Shown piece by piece: positions 50,701 through 62,599 of a stretch of 64,000 nucleotides of DNA; within the stretch, counting starts at the first letter, position 1; every line of letters starts with the position of its first letter. Source of the DNA: Torpedo marmorata (lineage: Eukaryota). The notes beneath the pieces are model-generated. The model saw only the letters and a program-made list of their open reading frames with translations, did no database searches and was not told where the DNA came from. Where the stretch lies: contig OZ360221.1 in NCBI GenBank assembly GCA_977017645.1, positions 122,388,001 through 122,452,000 on the forward strand. The letters run 5' to 3'. The position numbers and the translations under genes are program-made.

Positions 50701-52270
50701 TCGGACTAGTCTGTGAGTTCGACCTCCTTACATCTTTGTTCCCCATTGAATTGTTTCTAATATTTCCATATATTGGATCTGTTTTAATGTGCACCTGTCT
50801 TTCAAGAAAATTTACCAAGTCCTTTAAATTAGCTCTTCAACCGTAATTTTCTTGTAAATCACAAGCCAAATTTCTCCATCTATCCCACAACTTGTAAGGT
50901 AATTTTTCTAAGATGATTCGCATATTACCAGGCACTTCAAGCTCACGAATATTATCAATATCTTCCATGACATTACAACATCCTCTTTAAAAATAGAGAA
51001 TATTCTTGTAGAGACTTTACATCATTCTGTTTTATTGATGTCCATTTAAGAGCTTTATCCATATAAGCTAAAGCAATTCGATGCTTGTTGCCAAAATGTT
51101 GTTCTAGTAAAGCCTTAGCTCGGACTAATCCTCTGTCTGAATACATATGTTGACAACTCTTTACCAGTTCTTTTGGATGTCCCTTTGTGAACATTTCCAA
51201 ATAATAAAGACATTCATCATGATCTTGGCATTTATTTTCAATATTGTGTTTGAAATGATTGGTACTGAAGTGGATCACCATCAAAAGTTTGTATCTCTTT
51301 CTTGGGTAAAGAAGAGAGAGACTGTAACTGAATCAATGATGCAGCAATTTCATTTTGTCTTCCCTTGGATGACAATACAATGCTCTGTTCACCGTTTCTT
51401 ATTGCAGGTAATGTATCTGGAAACCTCACTGGTATAGTTTCTCCCATATTTCTGATGCTTGACTCAAATGACAATGAAGCTGCATCATTCGACCGAATCC
51501 AAGCCGCAGCTTTGTCCAGATGTTACCACTGGTACATGTGACTCGATACCAATATGCTCCTGAAGGATTTGTCCTTGTATTTGCAAGTCTTGTACCCCTG
51601 GTTTTAAAATATCTACCCTTTTGGTTGGTTTCTTTTCCTGTGACTCTTTTTTAAAATATAACCTTTTATTATCAGACACTTTAGATAATTTACTTCGAGC
51701 ACCAGATACCATTGAGCCTTCTATTGCTTTCTTTTTTGCCTTGGCAATAGTCATGCTTGCTTCCAGCTCCTGCTGTTCTTTTCTCTGCCTTAGCTGCTCC
51801 TTCTCTTGCCTTAGCTGCTTCTTTAGCTGCTCCTCTTTTTGTCTTATCTGCACCTCCTTTTGTCTTATATGCTCCTTTAGCTGCTCCTCATTTTGTCTTA
51901 TCTGCTCCTTCAGCTGCTCCTCCTTTTTTTTGTCTTAGTTGCTCCTCCTTTTGTTCTAAAATATGTTTATCCTTAAGCGTTTTTTGTTGTGCAAGAAGAG
52001 CAGCCAAGTTAACATCAATCTTTGTACGTGACGATGCAGAACTTGAAGTACAAGAAACTGGAGCTCGAACCAAAACTTCGTTTGCTTCTCCTGTTTTCAG
52101 CATTTGAGACATTGCTTGTATTTCGTCCTGCAGGTCATATGTTGTCTTCATACTTACCTCTTTCTCCAATTCGAATTGTACGTCCTTTGCATCTTCATCC
52201 TCTTCATTTTCTTCATCCTCTTCATTTGGTGACACAATTTCAGCCATTTCCTGGCTATCTTCTTGTTCAT

Positions 52271-52492
52271 CTAACGAAGCCGCTTCTCTTCCTTTGCCAG
52301 CTTCAATCTTGCGATGAGAACCTTTTTATTTCTACTTATATCTAGTTTCATTCGCTTCAATTCTTCTTTAATATCCGCAACCTTCATGTCTTTAATACGT
52401 TGGTCCTTAACAGCAACATCAGCGGTTGCTGCGTCAGCTACTGATACATCAGTAGCTGCTGCATCAGAGGCTGCTGCGGCCATTTTACTCAT
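52271..52492 (-). pseudogene. BEL Gag N-terminus with a SAP-like domain
   Basis: IKDMKVADIKEELKRMKLDISRNKKVLIARLKLA matches the SAP consensus (L.V.ELK.EL..RGL...G.K..L..RL). Confidence 0.65.
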
Positions 52493-52995
52493 CTTGTTCC
52501 ACCATCCTTCTAGCATACACAACACTAGCCAAATCAACAGTCCCCAATGGACCAGCGGCAGCAAATCCAATCTGTGTTCTAACTTGCCAAAGATACACAG
52601 AAGGAGTCCACAGACTTATGCCTACCACTTCAGATGACTGTAATGTGCTGCTATTCACAAACAAGTTTCCACCACAGCATCCGTCAATATTATCGCTGAT
52701 TTTCAAGAAATGGTTTCACCAACGTATTTATAGTACACTTTACTATAAGATTTGAAGTTTTAAATCCCTCTCTGATTATTACTCATGACAGATGGATGTG
52801 GATTACAAACTGCCCCCAACTCGAGGCATCTTCAACATGGCCGCCATTTTATTTTAAATATCAGTCCAAAGCACAGAGAGATTATTCTATCCTCTTTCCT
52901 TCAATTTTCTATTCTAAACAACCACTTTCATTGACTAATTATTATTGTGACTTCAATCCAACAAATAGTCACTTGGAGGCTGAGAGATACTTGTT

Positions 52996-55304
52996 TTTTT
53001 TTATTATTTTATTTAAACTTTTAAATCACAAAATACATGAGATAAAATATAAAATTATCAAAATACATGTGATATATTTTCACCCCCCACCCTCCCTCCC
53101 CTCCCCAACACCCCCCCATCCCCACTAATCTAATAAAAAATAAAAATAAAAATTAAAGTAAAATAGAAAAAAGAAAGAAAAGAATAGAATGAGGGGAATA
53201 CCTTCTAAACTAATTCTATTATGGAGGTCAAGTATGCCAGCAGATCTGATATCTAGAGATCTTCAAATCCTTTAACCCACAGCTCTCATATATGGGCTCC
53301 AAATTTTCAAGAAAATATTATATTTATTACGTAAATTATAAGTAATTTTTTCCAGTGGTATACACGAACGGAGTTCTGCATGCCATCTTTCTAATCCTAA
53401 ATCTAAGTCAGATTTCCAAGTAATAGCAATGCATTTTTTTGAAACAGCTAAAGCAATTCGCAAAAATTCTACTTGAAACATATTTAATTTCTTTTTAATA
53501 CTAAATTTTTTAATATCTCCAAATAAAAATAACAGGATCCATTGGAAATGCAATATTAAATACTTTATCTAAAAATTTTTTAACTTTCAACCAAAAATCT
53601 TGAATATTTGGACAAAACCATGTAGAATGAACAAAAGAACCATCCTCTCTATTGCATCTAAAACATAAGCCTGATAATGTCGGATTAAATTTCTTTAATT
53701 TTTTAGGTGTTAAATATAATTGATGAAAAAAATTATATTGTACTAATTTATATCTAACATTGATAATCTTCGTCATACTTAATTTACATAAATCTTTCCA
53801 ATGATTTTCATCTATATTTACATTTAAATCTAATTCCCATTTTAATCTTGATTTATGCAATCCTATTTTAGGCATTTTCCTCTGAAACAATTTATACATT
53901 TGAGAAATAAATTTATTAACATCTCCATTAGTAACTAATAATTCTAATTCATTTTGTCTCGGTAAAATCAAAGCATAACCTAATTTCTTAGTCAAAAAAG
54001 CTTTAACTTGATAATAAGCTAAACATGTATTATCTGGTATATTAAATTTATCTTTCATTCTTTGAAACGTAATAAATTTTCCAGCTTCAAAACAATCATT
54101 AATCTTCTTAATACCTTATTGAAACCAAATTTTAAGTAACTGATTATTAACAGTAAATGATATAAGTCCATTTTGATATAATGGCATATTTGAAGAAATT
54201 AATCCTCTTCAACCTATCTCTTTATCCGTCTTACCCCATACTTCTAACAAATGTTTAATAATCGGTGAATTTTTCTTTTTTAATGATATTAATTTAGAAT
54301 CCCATTTATAAATAATTTCTTCTTTAAGATTTTCTCCTATATTATTTAATTCTATTTTAATCCAAGCAGAAGATTTAGTTGAATCAAAAAATTCATTGAC
54401 AAATTTTAATTGAGCTGCTTTATAATAATTTTGAAAATTAGGAAGTTGCAATCCACCCATCTCATAATTCCAGGTTAACTTTTCCATACTTACTCTTGCT
54501 AACTTTCCTTTCCATAAAAATTTCCTAATAATAACATTTAAATCTTTAAAAAATTTTTGAGTAATTCCAAAAGGAATTGATTGAAAAAGATACTGAACTC
54601 TTGGAAAAATATTCATTTTAATACAATTTACCCTTCCCATTAAAGTTATGGGTAAATCTTTCCAATTCTCTAAATCTTTCTTTATTTTCACAAATAATGG
54701 TAGTTAATTTAATTTATATACATTTTCCAATTTTGTATCAACCTTAACCCCCAAATATTTAATTCCTTCTTTAGCCCATTTAAATTGTGTAATTTCTTTA
54801 CATCTAGTATAATCACCTTGAGATAAAGCCATTATTTCACTTTTATCAGAATTAATTTTATATCCAGATATTTCACCATATTCTCTTAATATAATAGATA
54901 GTTGTTGAAGTGATATAATAGATTTTGTCATATATATCAATACATCATCTGCAAACAAACTAATCTTATGTTCTTCCATACCAACTTTAATACCCACTAT
55001 CTTAGGATCTTTTCTAACTAATTCAGCCAAGGGTTCTATCGCCAAAACAAATAAAGCTGGTGACAGGGGACATCCCTGTCTCGTAGAACGTATCAAAGAA
55101 AATTTTGGCGATATTTGTCCATTTGTAATTACTTTAGCGGATGGTTCTTTATATATAGTTTTAATCCAATTTATAAATGTATTTCCAAAACCAAATTTTT
55201 CTAATACCTTAAATAAAAAATTCCATTCTAATCTATCAAAAGCCTTTTCCGCGTCTAATGTTACAACTAATGGTAAATCTTGTTTCTTTTTATGCAAACT
55301 AATT
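52996..55304 (-). mobile_element. 5'-truncated L1 LINE (RT to tail) inserted in the BEL 5'LTR
   Basis: LDAEKAFDRLEW, TRQGCPLSP, SLFADD, CFRCN..H..WFCP. Poly-T on the left. TSD AGAGATACTTGTT (~52983-95, ~55305-17). Confidence 0.9.
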
Positions 55305-55979
55305 AGAGATACTTGTTCTTGACGCGTTTCAATTAATTTACTAAAAAGTCTAATAGGTTCAAAAAACTTTATTTACACACGTGACTTTGCAGCAATCTTC
55401 AATGACTTAAATATCTTCTTTAAACGAAACATAAACAATTCTTGATAATGATGCTTAATAAATTCCTTTAAACGATTCCTTTAAATGTCTTTAAACGGTC
55501 AATGAAACGTATTTAAATGATCAATGAAAGATATGGCAATCTCACTCACCCTCCTCCATCGCCATCTTTTTCTATTCCTTTTTCCCCAATTCGCGCATGC
55601 TCAATGCGCATATTCCACCGCGCACATTCCACCACGCATACTGCCGTCACTTCCTAACTGTGCATGCGCCCGTCGTCACTCTAGCGCATGCGCAGAGTAC
55701 TCTACTGGCCTAGCATAGCCCATCAACCTCCGCAAGTGTTCCGAAACACGCCGAGACCATCGGAGCGCCGTGACCAATGTAAGTAATCAAGTCTGCGGCT
55801 CTTACAATGGTGTCTACAGATTTTCATGATTTACTTCTGTTTACAAGACATACCAGGTATGAGTGAGTTGTCTTATGAGGAAAGATTGGCCAGCAAGGTT
55901 TGCATCCGGTGAAGTTGAGAAGAATGGCAGGGCATGATGGGAACATAACCTAACAAGGGCTGTTAAGTGGTTAAACAGG

Positions 55980-57905
55980 AAATTCTGCAGATGCTGTGAT
56001 TGTAGCGTAAATGCAACACAAAAATGCTGGAGAAACTCAGCAGGTCACGCAGTGTCAATAGTGTTACGTACTCAGACAGCAGCAATAGAAATTAGCCAAG
56101 ACAGTGTTATATTTAAAAATAATATTTTTATTATTAATTACCAATAATATAACAACTTATCTAAGCTTAACCCCCAACTATGCGCTTATATACTTATGTG
56201 GTTGTGTGTGGCATATCCCAAACCATTACAGCTCAGGCACGATTCTGGAACGTCAGTTCAAAGTTCAGTCTCAGAAATCTAGAGTTGACACACAGGCTTT
56301 AAATTGATGCAAAGAAGTAGTCTCGATGTAGGTGGGAGAGACCGGGTGACAGACGCTTGTAAACTCACGAAATCCTTGTCGAGGTACTTCCCGAGAAATG
56401 TCCTTTCAGAAGAGTGGTAGTCAAAATTCCCCTTTTCCTGGTGTAGGGGAAACGAGACGAGTGACTTTCACAAAGCTTCCAGAACCCTTTCGTGGGTCAG
56501 CCGAAATGACCGTCACAATGGTCACAATGGGGTTTAAACAAGTTCCCTTCAAAAGTGACCTTTCCTTTGGCCACACGAAGCCACTTCAGCACAGTATTCC
56601 TCAAAGAGCTGCTGCTCCTGTGCTGCTTCCTTAAAAATGGCCCCTGATCAAACAAAGTACTGTTTCTTTAAAATGTTGGTCACATGGTCTCTGCACCTGT
56701 GTTCCAGGGGCACTTCCTCTCTCTTCAGAGTTAGTGAAAATGAGTACACGCTGTCCCAGCCTGTCAGCCCACAGTCAATCTCCAAAGTTTGTAGGGTTTG
56801 TAGCTTGATTTGTTCTCTTAAAGTGACAGTCCCACTCAAATGAAAATGAACTGGGAGCACGTAATAATAGGAAGCAAAGGGATATAACCAAGGATTTGGG
56901 CCTGAGCTCTTCATCAAGGTATGAACAAAAAACCGGGCAGATGCCTGAATAAAAAGGTGAGGAGAGGAGAAAAGGGGCAGAGGGAGGTGCACAGGCCAAC
57001 AGGAAAGAGGTCATAGGTGGATATGGGTGAGAGGGCAGGAGAAAAAAGTTGAGGTGACAGGGAAGGGGGTAGCTCGGCGGAGGGGCCTAACGGAAACTGG
57101 AGAATTTGATGTCAATGCCAAATATTAGGTGTTGGTACTCCAATTTGTAGGTAGCCTTAGTTTGGAAATGGATGAGGCCATGGACAGACATGTCATTGTG
57201 GAAATGGGGTGTAGAATTGAAATGGTTGGCCACAGGGAGGTCCCCGTTATTGCAGTGGACAAAGCGAAGATGCACAACGAAATGATCTCTCAGTCTCCGT
57301 CTAGTCTCTCCGATGTAGAGGAGGCCACAACAGTGCTTCTCTTGGAAGGACTTTTTGGGGCCCCGAATGGTGGTGAGGGAGAAAGTGTAGGAACAAGTGT
57401 AGCATTTCCTGCGTTCACAGGGATAGGTGGGGAGGGATGCGAGTACCAGAGAGTCCTGGAGGGAGCGGTCCCTGCGGAAAGCGGAGAGTAGTGGAAAAGG
57501 GAAGATGTGTTTGGTGGTGGGATCACGTCATAGGTGTCAGAAATTCTGGAGGATAATATGTTGGAAGCGTCGTTGTGTCTAGGGCACAGGGCAGATGTGT
57601 AGGAAAAAGAGGATATGCAGGTAAGGTCTGAGTTGATGGCAGTGGAGGGGAAGCCATGTTTTTTGAAGAAGGAGGAAATTTTGGATGTACTGGAATGAAA
57701 GACCTAATCCTGGGAGCAGATGCAATGGAGGCAGAGGCATTGAGAGAAGGGAATAGAATCCTTCCCGTGGACAGAGTGTGAAGAGGTGTGGTCGAGGTTA
57801 CTGTGGGAGTTAGTGGGTTGTTAATATCTGTAAAAAGTTTGTCTCCTGAGATGGAGGCAGAGAGATCAAGAAAGTGGAGAGTGTTGCCAGAGATGGATCG
57901 AGTGA
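55980..57905 (-). mobile_element. Degenerate PLE (minus) with a degenerate hammerhead motif (~56886-56925)
   Basis: PVANHFNS..H..MSVHGL..KLEYQHLIF on minus, and the terminal repeat matching 7300-7350. Confidence 0.72.
56062..56866. mobile_element. Solo LTR inserted in the PLE
   Basis: Termini TGTTACG..CGTAATA, with 4-bp TSD ATAG (56058-61, 56867-70). Confidence 0.7.
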
Positions 57906-59207
57906 AATGTTTTGAGAGGCTGAGGTTGAAGCATTATCAGCTCCTGTCTGAGCAGCGACATGGATCTGCTCCAATTTGCCTACCGTGGCAACAGATCTAC
58001 GGCAGATGCTAACTCACTGGCTCTCCAGAAAACCCTGGAACACCTGGACAGCAAAAATGCATACATCAGGATTCTCTTTATTGATACAGTTCAGCATTTA
58101 ACACCATCATCCCCTCAAAAATAATCAGCAAACTCCAAGACCTGGCCTCAATACCCTACTGTTCACTTGGGTCCTGGATTTCCTCACCTTCAGATCTCAG
58201 TCAGTGTTGATGGGCAAGAACATCTCCTCCACAATCTCCATCAGCATCAGAGCACCACAGGGATGCGTACTTAGCCTCCTGCTCTATTGCTTTACACCTA
58301 TGACTGTGTGGCTCGGTGCGACGACACCACCATATACAATTTTATTCAGGCGTTTGCCTGAATATCTTGTAGAAGAGCTTAGGCCCAAATTGTTGGTTAT
58401 GTATCTTTATCTTTGCGACGTAAAGAACGCTGCTTGACTTGCAGAGTTTCTCCAGCATTTTTGTGTAAACACCATACATACAAATTTGCTGACTATACTA
58501 CCGTAGTGAGCTGTATAAAAGGGAGCGGTGAGTCCGCAAACAGGTGGGAGATTGAAAACTTGGCTGAATGGTGTACTAACAACAACCTCTCACTCAATTT
58601 CACCAAGACCAAGGAGCTGATTGTAGACCTTAGCAAAGGAAAGCCAGAGGTTTATGATCCTGTCATAGGGGGATCAGAGGTGGAGAGGCTGAGCAACTTT
58701 AAATTCCTGGGGGTCACTATCTTGGAGGAACTGTCCTGGACCCCTCATTATTAATGCTATTGTGAATAAAGTACGTCAGCACCTCTATTTCCTCAGGAGT
58801 TTGCGGATGTTTGATATTTCATCAGAAACTTTGGCAAACTTCTACAGATGTGCTGTGGCAAGTGTGCTGACCAGCTGCATCAAAGCCTGGTATGAGGCAC
58901 CAATACCTTTGAGTGGAAAGCCCTGCAAAAGGTAGTGGACACAGCCCAGTATATCACAGGCAAAACTCTCGCCACCATCGAGAACATCTACAGGAATGTT
59001 GCCGTCAGAGCGCAGCAGCAATCATCAAGGATCCACACCATCTCGGACCTGCCCTGTTCTTGCTGCTGCCATCAGGAAGGAGGTTTGGGTGCACAGGACT
59101 CGTACCACAAGGTTCAGGAATAGTTGCTACGACTCAACCATCAGATTCCTGAACAACAGACTCATTCAGAGACTCGTTTAACATCTCATACTTACTCATT
59201 ATTTATT

Positions 59208-61201
59208 TTTTATTTTAAAAAAAAATATTTTATTTTAAAAAATTTTAAATCACACAGTACATAGTTTAAACTGAAAAATTATCGGATTACATGTGATACA
59301 TTTTCACCCTCCCCTCCCTCCCTCCCCACCTTCCCTAACCCTCCCGAAAAAAGGAAGAAAAAGATAAAGTAAGGAGAATGTCACTCTAAACAAAACTACT
59401 GTACTCCAATTTTATAGTGGAACACAGGTTGGCCAGTCAGATCCAATATGTGGAGATCCTCAAATCCTTAAACCGACAGTTTTTATATGTGGGCTCCATA
59501 TTTTCAAAAAGAAATAATATTTATCACGTAAATTATAAGTAATTTTTTCAAGTGGTATACATGAACGCAATTCAGCATGCCATCTTTCTAACCCTAAATC
59601 TACATCCGATTTCCATGTAATGGCAATACATTTCTTAGAAACGGCTAAAGCAATACGTAAAAATTCTGTTTGATACATATCTAATTTCATTTTAACACTG
59701 GTTCCTTTAATATCTCCAAACAAAAATATCATAGGATCCATTGGGAGTGTAATTCTTAATACTTTATCTAAAAACTTTTTAACCTTCAACCAAAAGTCAT
59801 ACACTTTTGGACAAAACCATGTAGAATGTACAAAAGAACCTTCCTCACTATTACATCTAAAACATAAACCAGATAATGTCGGATTAAATTTCTTTAGTCT
59901 TTTAGAGAATGGGTTGGTCAAGTGGTAGCATCTTCATTTAATTCTAAGGCTAAAGGTTTTGCTATACTAATCAATAAGAAGTTACCCTTTAAAATACAAT
60001 CGGTGGTTACTGATGCATCAGGAAGATATGTTTTAATAAACTGTCAGATATATTCAGGAATGTGGACTCTTATGAATATATATGTGCCAAATACGCAAGA
60101 TGAACAACTTATTCAAGATTCCTTTATGCATTTGTCAGAGGCAAACGATAATATTTTAATTGGTGGAGATTTTAATTGTTGTTTAGACCCAGTAATGGAT
60201 AAAACAACCAAATCAATCATTGGAACTAAAACTGCTAAAAGAATTCTTACTATGATGAAAGATCTGAATTTAATTGATATTTGGAGGAAGTTGAATCCGA
60301 GAGAAAAAGACTATTCTTTTTATTCTTCTCGACATGATTCTTATTCTAGAATAGACATGTTTTTGCTGTCATCGCAATTACAAGATAGGGTGACCCAAGT
60401 ACAATATAAGGCAAGATTAATTTCTGACCATTCGCCTTTATTAATGTCATGCATAATTCCGGAAAAAGAAAAAAATTATATATAGATGGAGGTTTAATTC
60501 TTCTTTACTAAAAAGAGCGGATTTTTGTAAATATATAAGAAGAGAAATCCAAGAATTCTTACAGATTAACTCTGATTCCATTGAGAATAAATTTATTATT
60601 TGGGATGTTTTGAAAGCTTATTTAAGAGGTCAGATAATAAGTTATTCAGCAAAAGATAAGAAGGAAAATATTCAGGAATTGGATAATTTGGAGAAGGATT
60701 GAGTTTTTGGAGAAGGATTTACAAAAAAAGAGATCAGAAGAAAAGAAGAAAGATTTAATTGAGAAAAAATGATATTATAATACGTTACAAACATATAAAT
60801 TGGAAAAACTCATTGAAAGAACTAAGCAAAGGTATTATGAATTGGGAGAAAGAGCTCATAAAGTTTTAGCCTGGCAATTAAAGAAAGAACAAACCTCTAG
60901 AACTATAACGGCTATAAAAAAAGAATTCTAAGAAAATAACTTATAAACCGTGAGAAATAAATGATTCAAGGATTTTTATTTGAATTTATATACATCTCAA
61001 GTCGATAAAGATGATTCTAAAATTAACAAATTTTTATCCAAAATTAAGATGCCCAGGTTAAATACACTTAGTAAAGAATCTTTAGATTCACCATTTACGA
61101 TGAGGGAAGTTAATGAGGTTCTTAGTTCTTTAACAAGTGGGAAATCTCCGGGGGAGGATGGTTTCCCATCAGAATTTTATAAGAAATTTAAGGACTTATT
61201 G
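59208..61201. mobile_element. L1 insertion with 5' inversion: 3' end on minus (59208-59903), EN/RT piece on plus (59904-61201)
   Basis: ORF 59460-59921 (-) is the C-terminus. ORF 59922-60485 (+) has GDFN, YSRID, SDH; KSPGEDG follows. TSD CTCATTATTTATT (59195-207, 61202-214). Confidence 0.8.
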
Positions 61202-61259
61202 CTCATTATTTATTACTGAATATTTATACTTCTGTATTTGCACACTCAGTTTGCTTGTA

Positions 61260-62268
61260 CAGTAAAATCCCCATTATCCGATGCCTACGGGGATCGCGGA
61301 TGTTGGATATGCGAATTTTCCGGTTGACTGAGACTCACTCTTACAATGCCTAACTAATACACCTGCATTAAGAATACACAGTTTAAAAGACAAAAGACAG
61401 TACAAAATGTAAAGTAATTTGGAAAAAAAAAATCAGTATTGTAGTCTTTAATTATGTAAAATTCACTTTAATCATGTAATTCCAGTAACTTACAAAATTT
61501 AAATTCGAACCTTGGTCGCTGGTGCTGTAACTGTGTTGCACTAACAGCTACACTAACCATGCCACCATCAGAATTATCCCCTCCCCTTGCACTGACAACC
61601 TGGCTCGCCTCCACGCCAGTGTCCTGGTCAGGCCCTGGGCGCAACCCGACCCGCCTCCACGCCAGTGTCCCGGTCAGTCCCTGGGCGCAACCCGGCCTGC
61701 CTCCACGCCAGTGTCCCGGTCAGGCCCTTGGCGCAACCTGGCCCGCCTCCACACCAGTGTCCCGGTCAGTCCCAGGGCGCACCTTCCTTTAAATTCAAAC
61801 CCCATTCGCGAGCGCTGTAACATCGTTGCGCTATTCGCGCTGCCGTCATAAATAACCCCTTCCCCCAAGTTTACAGATAAGGCCTTACTAATATACTTAA
61901 TAATATCCAAATAAAGACTCTTACCAGGCAGGGATAGGGAAACACTTTGGGAAAGTCGCCTGAGCGACATCGATCGGCTCTTCATCCTTGGCGCCGCCAT
62001 TTTATTCAAACACAACTTTATTGAAACTTTATTTAAACAGCTTCTGTGGGTGGGGCACGACCGGGGTACTCCGTTGGCTGAATGTTTGCTCCCATGGGCT
62101 GTATGTTTCTTCGGAGAATATTTACATTTATTTTTACAATTTTAAACTTATATTTAAAACTTTATTTAAAAAAAACCCCAACAATTTATTTATTTATTTA
62201 TGCTTTTTTTTTTTGTCGGTTGTTTGAGTTTCTGGTTAATTGAGTGCCGGATAATGGGGATTTTACTG
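61260..62268. mobile_element. Tigger-like MITE with an internal ~46-bp GC-rich tandem repeat (~61595-61780)
   Basis: TIRs CAGTAAAATCCCCATTATCCG / CGGATAATGGGGATTTTACTG and TA TSD on both sides. Confidence 0.88.
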
Positions 62269-62599
62269 TATTTCTTTATTTTGTTTACATTTATTTCTTT
62301 GAGTACAATTTAAATTTACTGGTAATTGGAAATTCTAGCTGGCATGCAGGAAAACAATCAGGGTTGTTATATGATGTCGTGTAGGTACTCTAACAATAAC
62401 TTTGAACTTCGTAATAACTCTGCAAGAGCATTCCACCTAGTCCCTCTGGCTGCAATTGTATCAATTCAATGATATACTAGCTTTGTTTTTTCTCAGTCAT
62501 AATGGACTGCTTTATGGCATTATCAAGGAAAATGTGCATCTTCAATGTGCTTTCTCTTCCTGGCATGAGACTACAGTGAGAAGGAATGTGGAAAAACAG

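Larger units (their letters stand above)
47774..55806 (-). mobile_element. BEL/Pao LTR retrotransposon, RT/RH-deleted. 3'LTR 47774-48262 (truncated); 5'LTR ~52744-55806 (interrupted by L1)
   Basis: Two LTR copies starting TGTAAGAGCCG on minus, with PPT AATTAGGGGCCGG. Gag (LPKKEIQTFDGDPLQY, LYYLEMFTKG, CLFCQGGHALEMC), protease YAFLDPGS..GPYAVRTKLGWTINGP, and integrase C-terminus GFVRQVRIKT..RPINKVCLL. Confidence 0.85.
46550..55838 (+). mobile_element. PLE: RT fragment 46550-47410 and terminal piece 55807-55838, hosting the BEL element
   Basis: PADKGG.VVVW, TARFYLLPKI..PGRPIV, FTMDVQSLYTSIP (PLE RT). GGTGTCTACAGATTTT..GATTTAC matches the PLE end at ~7360. 9-bp TSD. Confidence 0.75.
46170..55970 (+). 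mobile_element. Old CR1 fragment (46170-46549, 55839-55970) split by a PLE
   Basis: CR1 codons ..QFWSP..QRRFTR continue after 55847. GTTTACAAG is duplicated at 46541-49 and 55839-47. Confidence 0.65.
57905..62410 (+). mobile_element. Degenerate Rex1/Babar LINE (57905-59194; tail pieces 61215-61259 and 62271-62410)
   Basis: [39 protein letters not shown]. The tail is split by an L1 and a MITE, and a PLE piece sits at ~58335-58470. Confidence 0.75.
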
